Shown here piece by piece: positions 14,237 through 26,700 of a DNA stretch of 64,000 nucleotides. The stretch spans positions 5,580,001 to 5,644,000 of the forward strand of contig OZ316776.1 of assembly GCA_973851085.1 (NCBI GenBank). Direction: 5' to 3'. Within the stretch, counting starts at the first letter, position 1. Every line of letters starts with the position of its first letter. The notes below the pieces were generated by a model. The model had not been told where the DNA came from. It did not search any database and worked only from the letters and a program-made list of their open reading frames with translations. A program made the position numbers and the translations under genes. Origin of the DNA: Ptychomitrium polyphyllum. Its lineage: Eukaryota.

Positions 14237-14832
14237 ATGATTCTGGCCTACATGAAACTAATCTATAAAATCCACATATAAACCAGTTTTCAATTGGAAT
14301 TTCTTCTATAAACTCCTTCTCTCTCATACATACCTCCTGTAAAATTTCACAATTTTCTAATATGTCTGTGGCTTTTCATGACTTTTGATGTACTTGGCTC
14401 TTATAAATACAAAATACTTATCTTAAATGTAAAAGAAAATCATGAAATACCTGTTGTAACATCAAAGCATAGCTACATGCACATCTCAAAAGTTCCAAGA
14501 GTTTTTCATGTTCATTCAAGGAATTCCAACTTTTCAGGGTTTCAAAGTGTACCAATGAGGTACAGGTGCTTTCAAGGCCACCTTCACTTTGATAGTCCAT
14601 AAAAAGAAATAAAATTTGTGATACAAATTGCAAAGAAGATACCAATGGATTGCTTTACTTCTTCCACACATCCATTGTGAGTACATGGTCAGCTAATTTG
14701 GTCATCTTCATCAAGTGAAAACTTAAGAACCATACTTCAGAAGTCAAAACAGGGCCTCTTAGTTATGAAAGATGAAGAGGGATGTGGTTCTACCACTCAT
14801 GACCATGCAGTAGGATCATCTAGACAATAACT
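14237..14832 (+). repeat. 596-bp direct repeat, copy 2
   Basis: Identical to 8513-9108. It is preceded by AACT (14233-14236) and itself ends in AACT. Confidence 0.95.
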
Positions 14833-16085
14833 TGGAATGATTTTTGGAAAATAAAATTGTGCACACTAATTCATGTATTTGGTATAAATGGTTTGAACGT
14901 ACTTTTCTGTTCTTGAACATTGTTGAGATTTTGTGTAAGTCATTTTGTCATTCATCATTCAAATAAGCAAAGAATTGAACCAAATTTGCTAAATAGAAAG
15001 TCATAACTCTTAAATCAATTGATCTTGCAAGATTTGTGATTATGATTTATATCCTGGCAAGGCTTCTCTTCTTTGAATCATCAGACATTGCAATGAAACA
15101 AGCAATGTTACCCACGAGCTCTAATGCAGAAGAGAGGTTATCCGTACTTGACAGTGAGAGGAAGTGCTCAATATTGAGTTCCAGAAAAAGTGCTCAATAT
15201 TGAACCTCAAGCTGGGATGCAAATAAGAAGAAATATTAACTCCTTCAAAGTATCAGCCTGAGTAAGGATTTTTTTTATTTAGAACCCTTACTTGATTCAA
15301 ACCATCTAAATGTTAAAAGGAAACAGTTTGTTTCTAAGTAATCCACCAACGATTTAGTAATAAATTACATAATCTAAACTATAAGATCTTCTTTATACTT
15401 TAAAAGTAAAATTTCTATCAAATTTTGAAATACCATAGTCTACTAAGAATTTTAAAAAAATTCATGTGATTAGTGAGATGTTTTAAAATAATGCATTACA
15501 AAGATTCTTTTGGATATTAGAAAATTTTAATTATGTCATATACATATTCAAAATGTTTCTTACTAATCCATGGAGTCATAAAATACAAAGAGTCATGACT
15601 AATCTTTGGATAATCTCCCAAAGATTGTTTGCTTGTTTGTTTGTACTAGTGTAGTCTTATAGCAAGTTCATCACTTCCTTGACAAATTCCAATTTTTAAA
15701 ATAGTCACAAAACTATTATTCAATTGCAAATTTTTAAAAACTAATAAGTCACATACCTTTTATACAACTATGGTAACATATTGAATTTTCCAAATCATGA
15801 AGCTAACTAAGATGTTTTTGATACCATCAAAAAGGTTTCATTAAGAAGAATTACATTGGTGATTTAAGAAAATTTCAAAATTATAATATGACAATTATGA
15901 ATTTTAAAGAGTATTTTTTTCAAAAAATTTAAAGTTAGAATACCAAGATTTTAAATTCTTATGTAAATTTGCATTAGAAGTGGTTCCCATGTTGGACAAT
16001 AATACAATGCATAAGGTTCATATCCACTATACAAATGATTGTACCTAATTTAGATTTTACACTTATTTTCTTACAACTTATTTAT

Positions 16086-16517
16086 AGATGTCAAGATTTA
16101 TAGACTAACATAGATTGAATCATAATTTTTCAATCAAAATTTAATTAGTTACAAATCTTTGAAACCTACCAACAACCCATAAACTACCAATAGGTCACCA
16201 CATGAATCATCCAAACAACAACTAGTAATCACCATTTAATGCGTGCATAATCACCTATATTTCATTCAAAACCCACCTCACAACAAGCCCACATCCATCA
16301 CATGGTTTTTCTCAAAGATATAATGCATGATTCACCTTCTTTTCCATAACCACTGCTATATGAGTCCATTTACACTTAATTTCATTCCCATTGCTACCAC
16401 TCTTTTGTTCATTTTCCACCCCACCTTAGCTTTGGTGGTTATTGAACATATGCTTGATAGTCAATAATCTTTTCATAGTGGATGGATATAAGAAGAAGGT
16501 AATAAGGGGCTTGCTTA
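16086..16517 (+). repeat. 432-bp inverted repeat, left arm
   Basis: Reverse complement of 17741-18172 with only 3 mismatches seen, all transitions. Confidence 0.95.
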
Positions 16518-17740
16518 TTGGTTTCTTATATCACAAACAAGCATTACCAATGTTTGCTGGTCACAGCATATGTTCTTGTGACTTGTATTCTAGGAGCACA
16601 ATATAATGTGTGATATGTGGTGGTTTTCAAACTTGTCAACATGGCAAATTGTACCTTGAGAGGCCAATGTTTCAGCCTTCAGAAGGTAACTTTTTCCATT
16701 GTAGCAAATAACAGACTGGTTACTCTGGAATCTGTCATTATGACAAGAACAATCACATATAAAAACTGTCATTGTAGAGCAATGGAAACTCCTACATATC
16801 AATCCATGAAACGAAGAAATGAGAGCTATGCCTGTGAAAAATTGTCACCCTCAAGCATTAGAAGCTCCATTGCATTGCCCTAACTGAGAGATTGATTTTT
16901 ACTTTGGGCACCACCACAGTGACTACACTCAATTCACCAATAGATGGCTGGCATCATGAGCCTTGACCCCCTTACAATTTTCCAGTAAATTGTTCTCCAC
17001 CCATAGCCCTGCCTTGCTCAGGGTGCCAGAGCAGTACATCTTTGTTGCTTTTGCTATTCTGGGTCACTGCCTCTGCTGACACACAGGGGTAGCCTAAGTG
17101 GTGCGTCAGGCCTGTGCAATGAGCTGTTACTTCAATGCAGGCATAACTTGTATGATGAAACTCTGCTTCAATGTGAATTTGATATACATGACTTAGAAAA
17201 CCTGCAAAGAATGTTCAAGTTGAATTGAACATCTGCAACTCTGAATAAATTTTATTACACGTTGATTAACTCTAGCAGGTGCAGGACTCAGGTTGAAAAG
17301 TCTGCAACCGTACATAAGCAAGATAATATATTTGTCCATTCAATGGAACAGATGTTGATGAAATAGCCTTAGTAGAATTCTTATGCATCATTAACTGTAA
17401 GTTCTCTTGCTCGTACTGACCTCTGGATTCTCATCAGAGATTCCATAAAGTTCTTTAGTAACTGGGGTAGGTCACTCCTGTTTAAGATAGCCAAATATGG
17501 TTAATAATAATACATACATTATAACTTAATTGTGGTTTATCAAATTATACAAACAGATAAAAAGTAATCCAGTAATCTTCAAATCTTATCATTTAGACAC
17601 AATTTGTAAAGGTTGTGAAAGTTTGAAATTTAGAATCTTTGAGGTTAATTCCTATGTTTTAAATAATTCAAGTGCTTATTAAAGAATTTTGTGACTAGTG
17701 ACAATTCTTAAATGCATGTAAATTTCAAGCTTTAATGAGG

Positions 17741-18172
17741 TAAGCAAGCCCTTTATTACCTTCTTCTTATATCCATCCACTATGAAAAGACTATTGACTA
17801 TCAAGCATATGTTCAATAACCACCAAAGCTAAGGTGGGGTGGAAAATGAACAAAAGAGTGGTAGCAATGGGAATGAAATTAAGTGTAAATGGACTCATAT
17901 AGCAGTGGTTATGGAAAAGAAGGTGAATCATGCATTATATCTTTGAGAAAAACCATGTGATGGATGTGGGCTTGTTGTGAGGTGGGTTTTGAATGAAATA
18001 TAGGTGATTATGCACGCATTAAATGGTGATTACTAGTTGTTGTTTGGATGATTCATGTGGTGACCTATTGGTAGTTTATGGGTTGTTGGTAGGTTTCAAA
18101 GATTTGTAACTAATTAAATTTTGATTGAAAAATTATGATTCAATCTATGTTAGTCTATAAATCTTGATATCT
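17741..18172 (-). repeat. 432-bp inverted repeat, right arm
   Basis: Reverse complement of 16086-16517; 1223-bp spacer; no TSD at the outer ends. Confidence 0.95.
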
Positions 18173-20452
18173 TTTCTAATAAATATAAACTTTTTGACAT
18201 TATCACCATGAAAAGAAAATATAACAATTACTATTGTAAAATCAAATTTAGGATTGGCTTTTAGCCATGTTGTAAGATACAATTGAGCTTCAACCTTGCC
18301 ATTCCTTTGAAGCTTTGGCTAACAGTTGATTGTTGCTAAAAAAATATGCATGGCAGACATCAAAATGTAAAAATGAATCTTTATGTTCAAATGGAATTAG
18401 TACTTGAAATTACTAAAATATAACTAGAAATGAAATAAAAATTTGTAAATTTGGATATTGGATGATAAAACTACATTTCTTCCAAGCATGTTATTATTTG
18501 GAATTTGAAGAGTGTTATCAAACTTCAAAAGTCTAGTGGACCTAATTTGGCTAATGTAAATGATTTGATGGATTATATCCACTTGACCTTTAAAATTTAA
18601 GAACATTCCTCAAAATTCAAACAATTGCTTGCTTGCAAATATAGTTTAATCATCTAATATTTAAATTTACAATTTTTTGTATATATTTTGTGTTGTTTTC
18701 CGATGTGTTTTAATGGTGGTATTTTCAAGTGCTAATTCCATATGAATAAAAAAGTTTCGTTTTGATATTTTTATGTGGGCTTTAGAAATGTTTAAATACC
18801 TATAAATTATTAAATTAAAAAGACGTAGATATTTTTTAATAATAATTTTTCTAATGCAGACAGATTTGAATTCCTAAAACCTACATTGTATAAACTTCTA
18901 TCAATTTGAATATCCATGCAAATATTGGTATTCTATCATAATATCTTTTGGTTGTAAAAACAATTATTGCCATTAAAAATATAAAAATTAATGAAAATCT
19001 TTACAATTCCTTAAACAAGATTGAAGCAAATTTATAGCAAATTTAAACCAATAAAACTAAAATCATGGTAATTAAATTTCATGTCATTTTTATTAAAAAT
19101 CTATTGACAACCTTTAAAGCAAAGGTAATCAATTTTGAATTGGTGAATATAAGTGATATAAGAGAGTATAAGTAGCTAGTTGATAAACACAAAGAATGTA
19201 TGCTTTAATAATTCATTTGTTTGATTTGAAAGAATAGAATCTATTAAAAGTGCTTGCCTTTACATTATCACAAATATTAATTATATATTATACATGGAAT
19301 CATTTATCAAAAATCAACAAGTAAAAATGATATGTAAGCATGATGGAATACAATTAATTGAGGTTAACCATAGTACGGAATGTTGCGTAATTTCTTGTCA
19401 AAATAACAAATGAATTTACTTACTTTGAAGACTTGTAATAAAAAGAAACAATAGTTTTTAAAGCAGACTATTCAACTTCATCAATTAAAATTCCATTTGA
19501 AAGCATTATAATTACAAATAAATACATTTAAAAAAATAACTGCTAAGATTTTAAAAACTTTGTTTTAATTCTTTTGCAAAATAATTTGATTGACTTTAAA
19601 GAGCATTCATTATGTTAATATTTATTTTTTGAATTAAAAAAAATCACTATCATAATATGTATAAACTTGTCATTGTATTCAACGTGCTACTTATTTCAAT
19701 TGTTGTATGCATATAGACATAGGTGATTGAAACTAGTGTACAAGCAACCACTCATATAATCTCAACAAAAATACTTGAAAAAACATTTAATAATTTTTAT
19801 AATCCTATAAAAGATAGCTTAAATAATATCAATACAATAATTATAACTATACTATGTTTATTTTCTTTAAAAAAAAAGACTTCAAATCCTTAGATTAAGA
19901 TTCTTATTTATTTGAGGTATTTATAGATAGATCAGATTTTTTATTTTTGAAGCATTAGAAATAGTTGTGATATAATGTTCAAATACATGTATAGTAAAAG
20001 ATGAGATTTTTTATATTTCAATGAATTAGCTTATTTAAAAAATTGATGATACATAAAACTTACATTTCAAATATTTGTGCAAACTCAATAACTCTTCTTT
20101 TTCATTCAATGGTTTTATTTTATAATCTCCATTTTGGATTTTTTATCTTATTTTATTTTTATCTTTATTCACAAATGTCTGTTTTTAGAATCCAAATTAA
20201 AACCTGATATTATATAAGATGTTGAGTACTTTCAGAAATTAGATTTTTTCATTTTGTATATGTCTTAAAACAAAAAAGACTATATTTCTGTAAAATATCA
20301 AATTGCATTAAAAAAATTTATACATGTATCTCAATATAGAATTAAATTTGTGCTTTTTAAAAAGTATTTCTTGAAACATTGTTATGTAATTTTCACACCC
20401 TTTAATTTTTGCTTAACCATTATTGATAAAAGTTTGTATAATTCTTATCATT

Positions 20453-20836
20453 TATTAAAGATACAAAAAACAAAAAAATGGATACAAAGTGGTTCTCAAG
20501 AATCAGCTTCTAAGGAGCTAATAATTAGTAAGAATTGATGCAGAGTAAACCAAGATACAATACAAATATGATTCACAATTTATATTGGCAAGACTAAGAT
20601 ATACCTTGTCTTGCTTCTCATTTATACTATCATGCTTATGTTTCCTAAGATACTTTTGAAAACACTTACTATGAAGCTTGAGAATGTTTTAGAAGTCTAT
20701 GGAACCTTCTTAAGAAGTTTCTCAAAAAGGTGGAATGGCTATGGAAGCATTGAAAAGGTTCTAAGAAACTACTACAATGTACAAGAAGGTTCTAAAAGAT
20801 TCTAAAGACTACATTGAATGATCTATGTCCATGACA
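20453..20836 (-). mobile_element. Solo LTR (384 bp), same family as 42527-43129
   Basis: Ends in ...ATGTCCATGACA like the 42.5-kb copy. Its left end TATTAAAGATAC is a transition-decayed TGTTGGGGACAC. Flanks are TCATT/CCATT (5-bp TSD with one C>T). Aligns along its length with 42527-43129 but has one array unit. Strand inferred from a minus-strand TATAAAT. Confidence 0.8.
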
Positions 20837-20959
20837 CCATTACTTTCTACTATCTGCTTCAAACCATTAATTTAAATTACATTTTAAAAGAGTTTTGTAC
20901 CATATGATCACCCACCTATATAAGATTCTTTGATGGCTTGTGAACACTTTCTCTCTAAA

Positions 20960-23710
20960 AATTCATTCCATCACCCAAAGGTACAATTTCATTATCAAAC
21001 CTAAATCCTTGGAAATTGATAAATAATCAAAACAAACATGACCTGTTCCAATCCATGGCATCAAACTTTGAATCAAAGACCAAAATCTCCTCCTATGTTG
21101 CAATTTAAACTGTATGCTCAACAAAACACGTCCTTTCCAGCCTGACACCAGCCCCAAAATGTGACTGCACTATCTAGCTACCAACTGCAACAAACATCAT
21201 GCCAAAAACTGTAATTGTAGTCAAGAACGATGAAAGTTTCAAAATAAGGGAAGTCTGCTGACTGAGATAGACAGCATCCAACTCATCAACTTGCAGAATT
21301 CTTGTCATCTCTGCCTCCATGGCTTCCTTACGAATCTGATCTCCATGACAGTACACACATTTTGAGTATGCTCACTAGAGAAATCTAGACTCAAGCAACA
21401 AACAGCCCCAAATCAGGAACAAACTTTCTTCATGTCTCCACTTTCTCGAGAAAACTCCTGAACATTGAACAGCTTTAACATCTTAACAATATCTCAGCAA
21501 AGATAATGTTTCACCACCTTCACAGAGATAGTACAACAGAACTTCAGAGCCTAAACGAACCTGATGAGCTCCGACTTCTTAAGTTCGTCAATGGTTGTCC
21601 TCTTCAAATCCAAGATTCAAGTACAAAAGGCAAGTCGACATGACTCCACTAATCACCCCACAGTTGCAATGAGCGTTGCACAACGTTTCAAAATTGTTTT
21701 TGAAATGTTTTGAAATGGCATGAAACAAAAAATCTTCTCAAAAAACGTGAACTTCACTTACGAGCTTTAGAACTGCAATTTATCATTGACTATGTGTTGT
21801 GTACGTGTAGGTGGTCAACAACAGCAAAAAATCAAACAATCAAATGTGACAAAGACATCAACAACTACTCAATTACGTGTCTATGGAAATAGGTATTGTA
21901 TGTAGGGTTTTATCCCATTATGTACAAACTTGCAGTAGATCTGGATGTTTACTTCCGCGCATGCAATGAAGAATAATTTCAATCGTTTGATGAAGTAGCC
22001 ATGCCAAAGTCAAGACAGAGTGCCAAATGTTTTAACCCATGTAAACGATGATGTTTTAGTCAAGATCCTTAGTTACTTGACAGTGCAACAATGAAGCATA
22101 TTAGTTTTTACCGATAACACTGCTGCACAAAACCCACTCGAGTGATTCCAAACTGTACTAAAATTGAACCACACAACGAAACAGTTCCGCGTGTGCTGCC
22201 CTAACAAACCTAGTGCAATATCATCCACATCGTCCTTCCCATTGTTGTTGGTAGTTGTCCCACGCTCCTACCATGGTGGTGCTTCCACTTCGGCTGCACA
22301 CTCGTCTGAGAGCCAGCGTTGTCCTCTCTCACTAGGTACATAAAGAGCAGCTTTCACATACAGTGCCGGTCGTCACAGAATTCTTGTGAATTTTTTTAAA
22401 TGTTCCAAGATTCTCAAGAAGGTGAATCCAGCACGAGAATATTTCTTAGCAAGTACTCGTTGCTTCGATACACATCTCGACCCACGCCCTACATGCTTGA
22501 GCTCATTTTCATATATGTTCAAGAGCATTTGAAATCGGTAACCCTCTTATCACAATCCTGTGAGCCTCTGAAGTCTCGAGAGGTCGCAAGAGATATTTCT
22601 ACATGCCAGTGACAATCAGAACCAGTCACTAAAATAACAAGTCGTCACTCTAAGACTTGCAAAGTTCTACTTATGATCATCCCAAAACTGATTCGACTGA
22701 GGCTGAGAACTGAAGTTTCCTGCGCTGCAACAATTGGGCATTACAACACTTGCCTTACTCTTTACAGAAGTAACTTCTGAATTTGAGTATCAACTGCACA
22801 GCACAAGACATTCTAATCTAACACCTAAGTCACCCTAAATCCTTTATGTGTAAAATTATTGAACAACTGCTTCACATCTGAGGAAATTCGGAAGACGAAA
22901 TACAAAATGAAAGGTGGATCATTATGCAGAGTAGAAGATATCATTGATCTAAAAAAATGCTTGCATTAATTGCATCACAGCTTCCAAAGAAACATGTTCA
23001 GCCAAAATTCCCTTGAACTACTAAACCCATGAGTCCAGTGTACACAATTTAAACAGCATCTGCATTGCATCTAATTTTAGCTCTAGATTGCCACCAGGGC
23101 TTAGATCAATACACTGAAATGATGATCTACGAGGACATCTATGACTTACAAGGATAAATTGCAAATGTGAGGTGGTATTCAATGCAAGTTCAGCATAAAA
23201 ATCTCAACCTCTGAAGTCTGCACACTACCAGTTTACTCTGTGAAGTAGCACCAATGCAGTCACTAATCTGTCCAAGCAACTTATCTCATATCATAAGTGA
23301 TTCAGAACTTGCAAAGTTAATTTAGTGCCCAAAGTTAACTTGCATGGCTACTCACGTGTAACTTCCTGCTCTTACACAAAACAGAACACCATGAAACTAA
23401 AAACTTCAAATAATAGCCTGACTTGGGCTTGAGAATACTTAGTTAATAAATTTCAAAGGAGAAACCATTGTAGCACATCAGCACTTCACTGGTTGCTTGA
23501 TTCCCCTACAAACCTAGCACATGGCATTAATGAAAATGGACGTGAAGAACTCTCTGACGATCAACTTCCAGAAACTCCAAACTGCTGGTACACTCACCCC
23601 ATCCATACATAAGAGTTGAAGGGGTTATGGAGTTCTTGTTGCTAGAAAGGTCAGCCCCTGAATTATGCATGTTACCATTCGTGCAGCCCAATCTTCCTGG
23701 TCGCATCCTC
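20960..23710 (-). ncRNA. Putative spliced non-coding transcript or eroded pseudogene (CpG-retaining island)
   Basis: CpG is retained among depleted flanks. Minus-strand donors GG|GTGAGT (~23597), AC|GTGAGT (~23355) and CAG|GTTCGT (~21560), several T-rich acceptors, T/G-rich intron-like composition, and no recognisable protein in any frame. Confidence 0.3.
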
Positions 23711-26700
23711 TTATGTGATTTGTGTCACTAATTGCATTGTCTATATTCAGAAGGAGGTACAAGAACTATGATAAGTAGCAAACTTTCAAGGTGTCATCCT
23801 AACTTGAAATTCCTGCAACTGTGTGATACATTCAATGAAAGCTGGAACAATTCAGCAGTCTCAAGGTTGCACAATTGCACAAAAAGTTGTGAACTTGGCC
23901 ACATGATGATTCCATAATGGATTTCAATATATACTCAAATGGGTTCACAAGCTGCATGAAGCCAATTGAATGATTGCCAAGTGGAAAAGCTTCACTTCAT
24001 TATATCTTCACGCATAATTTCTCATTTCTTCCCATTTCACAATACATCGTCTTAAAAAACAATGAGGTACAGTAGTGTACTTTTTGAGAAGTAAATTCAA
24101 CATGTACATGTTTGTTGGATCCATTTCTCTGAGTACTGAAGGAAAGCCGTTTGTATATTATGTCATGTGAGACTTCTATGTTACTTATTTACTAACTTCA
24201 TTTTTTGGTTCTAACTCATTTGTGGTTTTTATCAAAAGGAGATGGCTCATACTGTTCTATATTACTATATATGGCCTTTGTGCAGGACATAGTTGACAAA
24301 ATACATCTTTTGAAATGTTGCAAATGCCCAAAAAAATTCTTATGAAATTGCATGAAAGAAAAATACCAGATGTTTAAAAAGGACTATTTGTTCAAACCTG
24401 ACCTGCATTATGTTTGAATATGATTGGAAGTATTTTCAACTGATAGATTGTATCAACATGCAGGATGCATATCATTAGTGTCCACATCAAATTTTCAATT
24501 ATATATGAAAAAAAACATTTATTATAAAGGAATTTATTATGATATTTGTAAATTTACATTTGTTGAAACTTTTAAAACTTTTGCTGCGGAACAGAAATCT
24601 CAAAATCTAAAATATAAGATTTTGTTTGTATTATAGACCAAAGAATGTTTTTTCAAATTCTTCAAATTTTGTAAATATGAAATTTTTAATGAAACTTTTT
24701 AGATACCATGTATTTAAAAAGTTATACATTATTAGGATTATTAAAAAATTATGATCTATTATATGAATGTTTCAGAATTATTGTCTTTAAATATTAAGTA
24801 CATCAAACTTTTAATTTCTACTTTTAAGGTGAGGTAATACATTCTATAAAGGTCTTTGTGACCTATTGAGTTGCACTATTTTTATATAAGTGTTTAATTC
24901 AAATTGACCTTTATAGGTAAATCTCATTGTTTCATTTTTTTTTGCTTTAAAAATAGCACATTTACAAATATGACAAATTGTTTGGTACTACTATAACATT
25001 CAAAACAATTTTGGTAGGAATCCTTAGATTTTTGTTTCAATTTTGGATACTTCTTGGAAAATTTGATACTCTCTTTAACATCTTCCCCACCATTGAAGTG
25101 TTCCTTTAAATCTCATAAATACGTATGGATTTTAATAGAAGGAAACAAAATTTCAAATTACAAGGTAACCAAGGACCATTGATTTACATGATTATCCTTC
25201 TTGGTTCACACCAATGTGTCATATGGTGTTCCACCACAAAATTCATAATGAGAAGGCAGCTCTATTCAACAGTAACTCTACATGATATTGCTGGATTAAT
25301 TTCTGCCCATGGTTTTATTCTTAAAAAAAATCTCTAGAACAAATGAAGAATTCTATTGCCAAAAAAGAATCCCAAAATTAGTAAAGGAGGAACCTATGGT
25401 TTCTCTTAGGATCCTTAAGGCATGAGTTGTTTGTTTGTTCCAAGTATAGTACTAAATCCTCAATTTTCTGGAACATGTGCTAAATATGTTCTTGAAATCA
25501 TAGAATTCATTAGGCTCCTCTCTCACCAATCTTTCAGGAGGATTGTCTTGGATTTCTTTTTCAGCAATATATCTCTGTTTGTTTCAAGAAAATAAAAATA
25601 TTAAAAAAATCAGGCAACTGATGCTTTTTGATTTCTCTGGTTCTTGATGTTTCAGAGAAGCATGCAGTTCGTCTAATAACTAGCAGAAAATTGAAGCACC
25701 AACACAGAATCTAATACAGCATTTTGATGGACAAAGAAGCAGGCTGGCAATCTATACTGGAATTCAGACCACCCTGTGTAGCAGACAATGTTGTAGCTTC
25801 CAGGTACGTTACTTAGCGTGGGTGCCAACATTGTGAGCACAAATCCTCGTCCAAGACTGACGTCCTGAAGAACGTGTGCAGATGAGCTCTTGATTCCTGA
25901 AGGACCAAAATGGATGGACTATTTTTTGATCACTTGAATTGATGAGTTGACAAAGTTCATCCAATAAGATAATATTAAGTTGGATTTGTTTGTAGCTTCA
26001 AAGACACTTGTAGCTTTTAAGATACTTATATTCATTATGTTGATAAAAGCTTTAACTTATGGTAAACAATAAGGCCAAAGTCCACTTTGTGACAAATATT
26101 AAGATAAATTTGATTGATTTTTTTATTAGAAATACAATAAAAACATGGGAATAGTGTTAGAAAAGTCTTTATGAATTCTACTATACAAGGAGGTTATGTT
26201 GAAATGCACAAACACTTGAGAATCATCTACCAACCTTGTGTTTTGTGATGAAGAGAGTGTTGTAGAGTTTATGTAGAATTATGGAGTTATAGATGTGGAA
26301 TTTGTAACCTTCATTACAATATATAAAGGGTGAGAGTAATTTACGTTTTAAAAGAGTTGAAGATATGTGTTAGTTGATGTTGACAATTATTCTTCAACAA
26401 TTTGCACCTCAATAGTCTCATGTGCATTTAACTATACTTTTCTTTTCTTAACACAAAAGAAGGTATAGTTTATTATGAACAAAAGGCAACATAATTTTTG
26501 CACCTCTTATGGAAGTAAATTTGAATCCCATTTATTGGTACTTCTAACATGGACAATTCTTCTTTAGGGCATTTAGAGTATATCAACCAGTATATCTTTG
26601 ATTTGCATAGATCAGTCAATTGTTCAAATTCTTCAGGAAAGCCTGAGCTTGCACATAAAGTACAGTAATGTAGTGATCATGTTGGTGCATGTCCCTAATG

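Noticed and set aside
8513..14832. The 596-bp repeats as the two LTRs of a 6.3-kb retrotransposon
   Set aside because: The repeat ends are not TG...CA, there is no outer TSD, PBS or PPT, and the interior is heavily decayed while the repeats are identical.
15162..15203. Short direct repeats (16-17 bp here and at 28608-28648; 12-13 bp tandems at ~29610 and ~41905; 10-bp TGGACCAGAC units at ~32755)
   Set aside because: Only two or three copies each, with no spacer array. These are ordinary slippage products, not CRISPR.
17086..17150. tRNA A-box-like GGGGTAGCCTAAGTGGT (similar word at ~3700)
   Set aside because: No B-box (GTTCRA) or cloverleaf follows.
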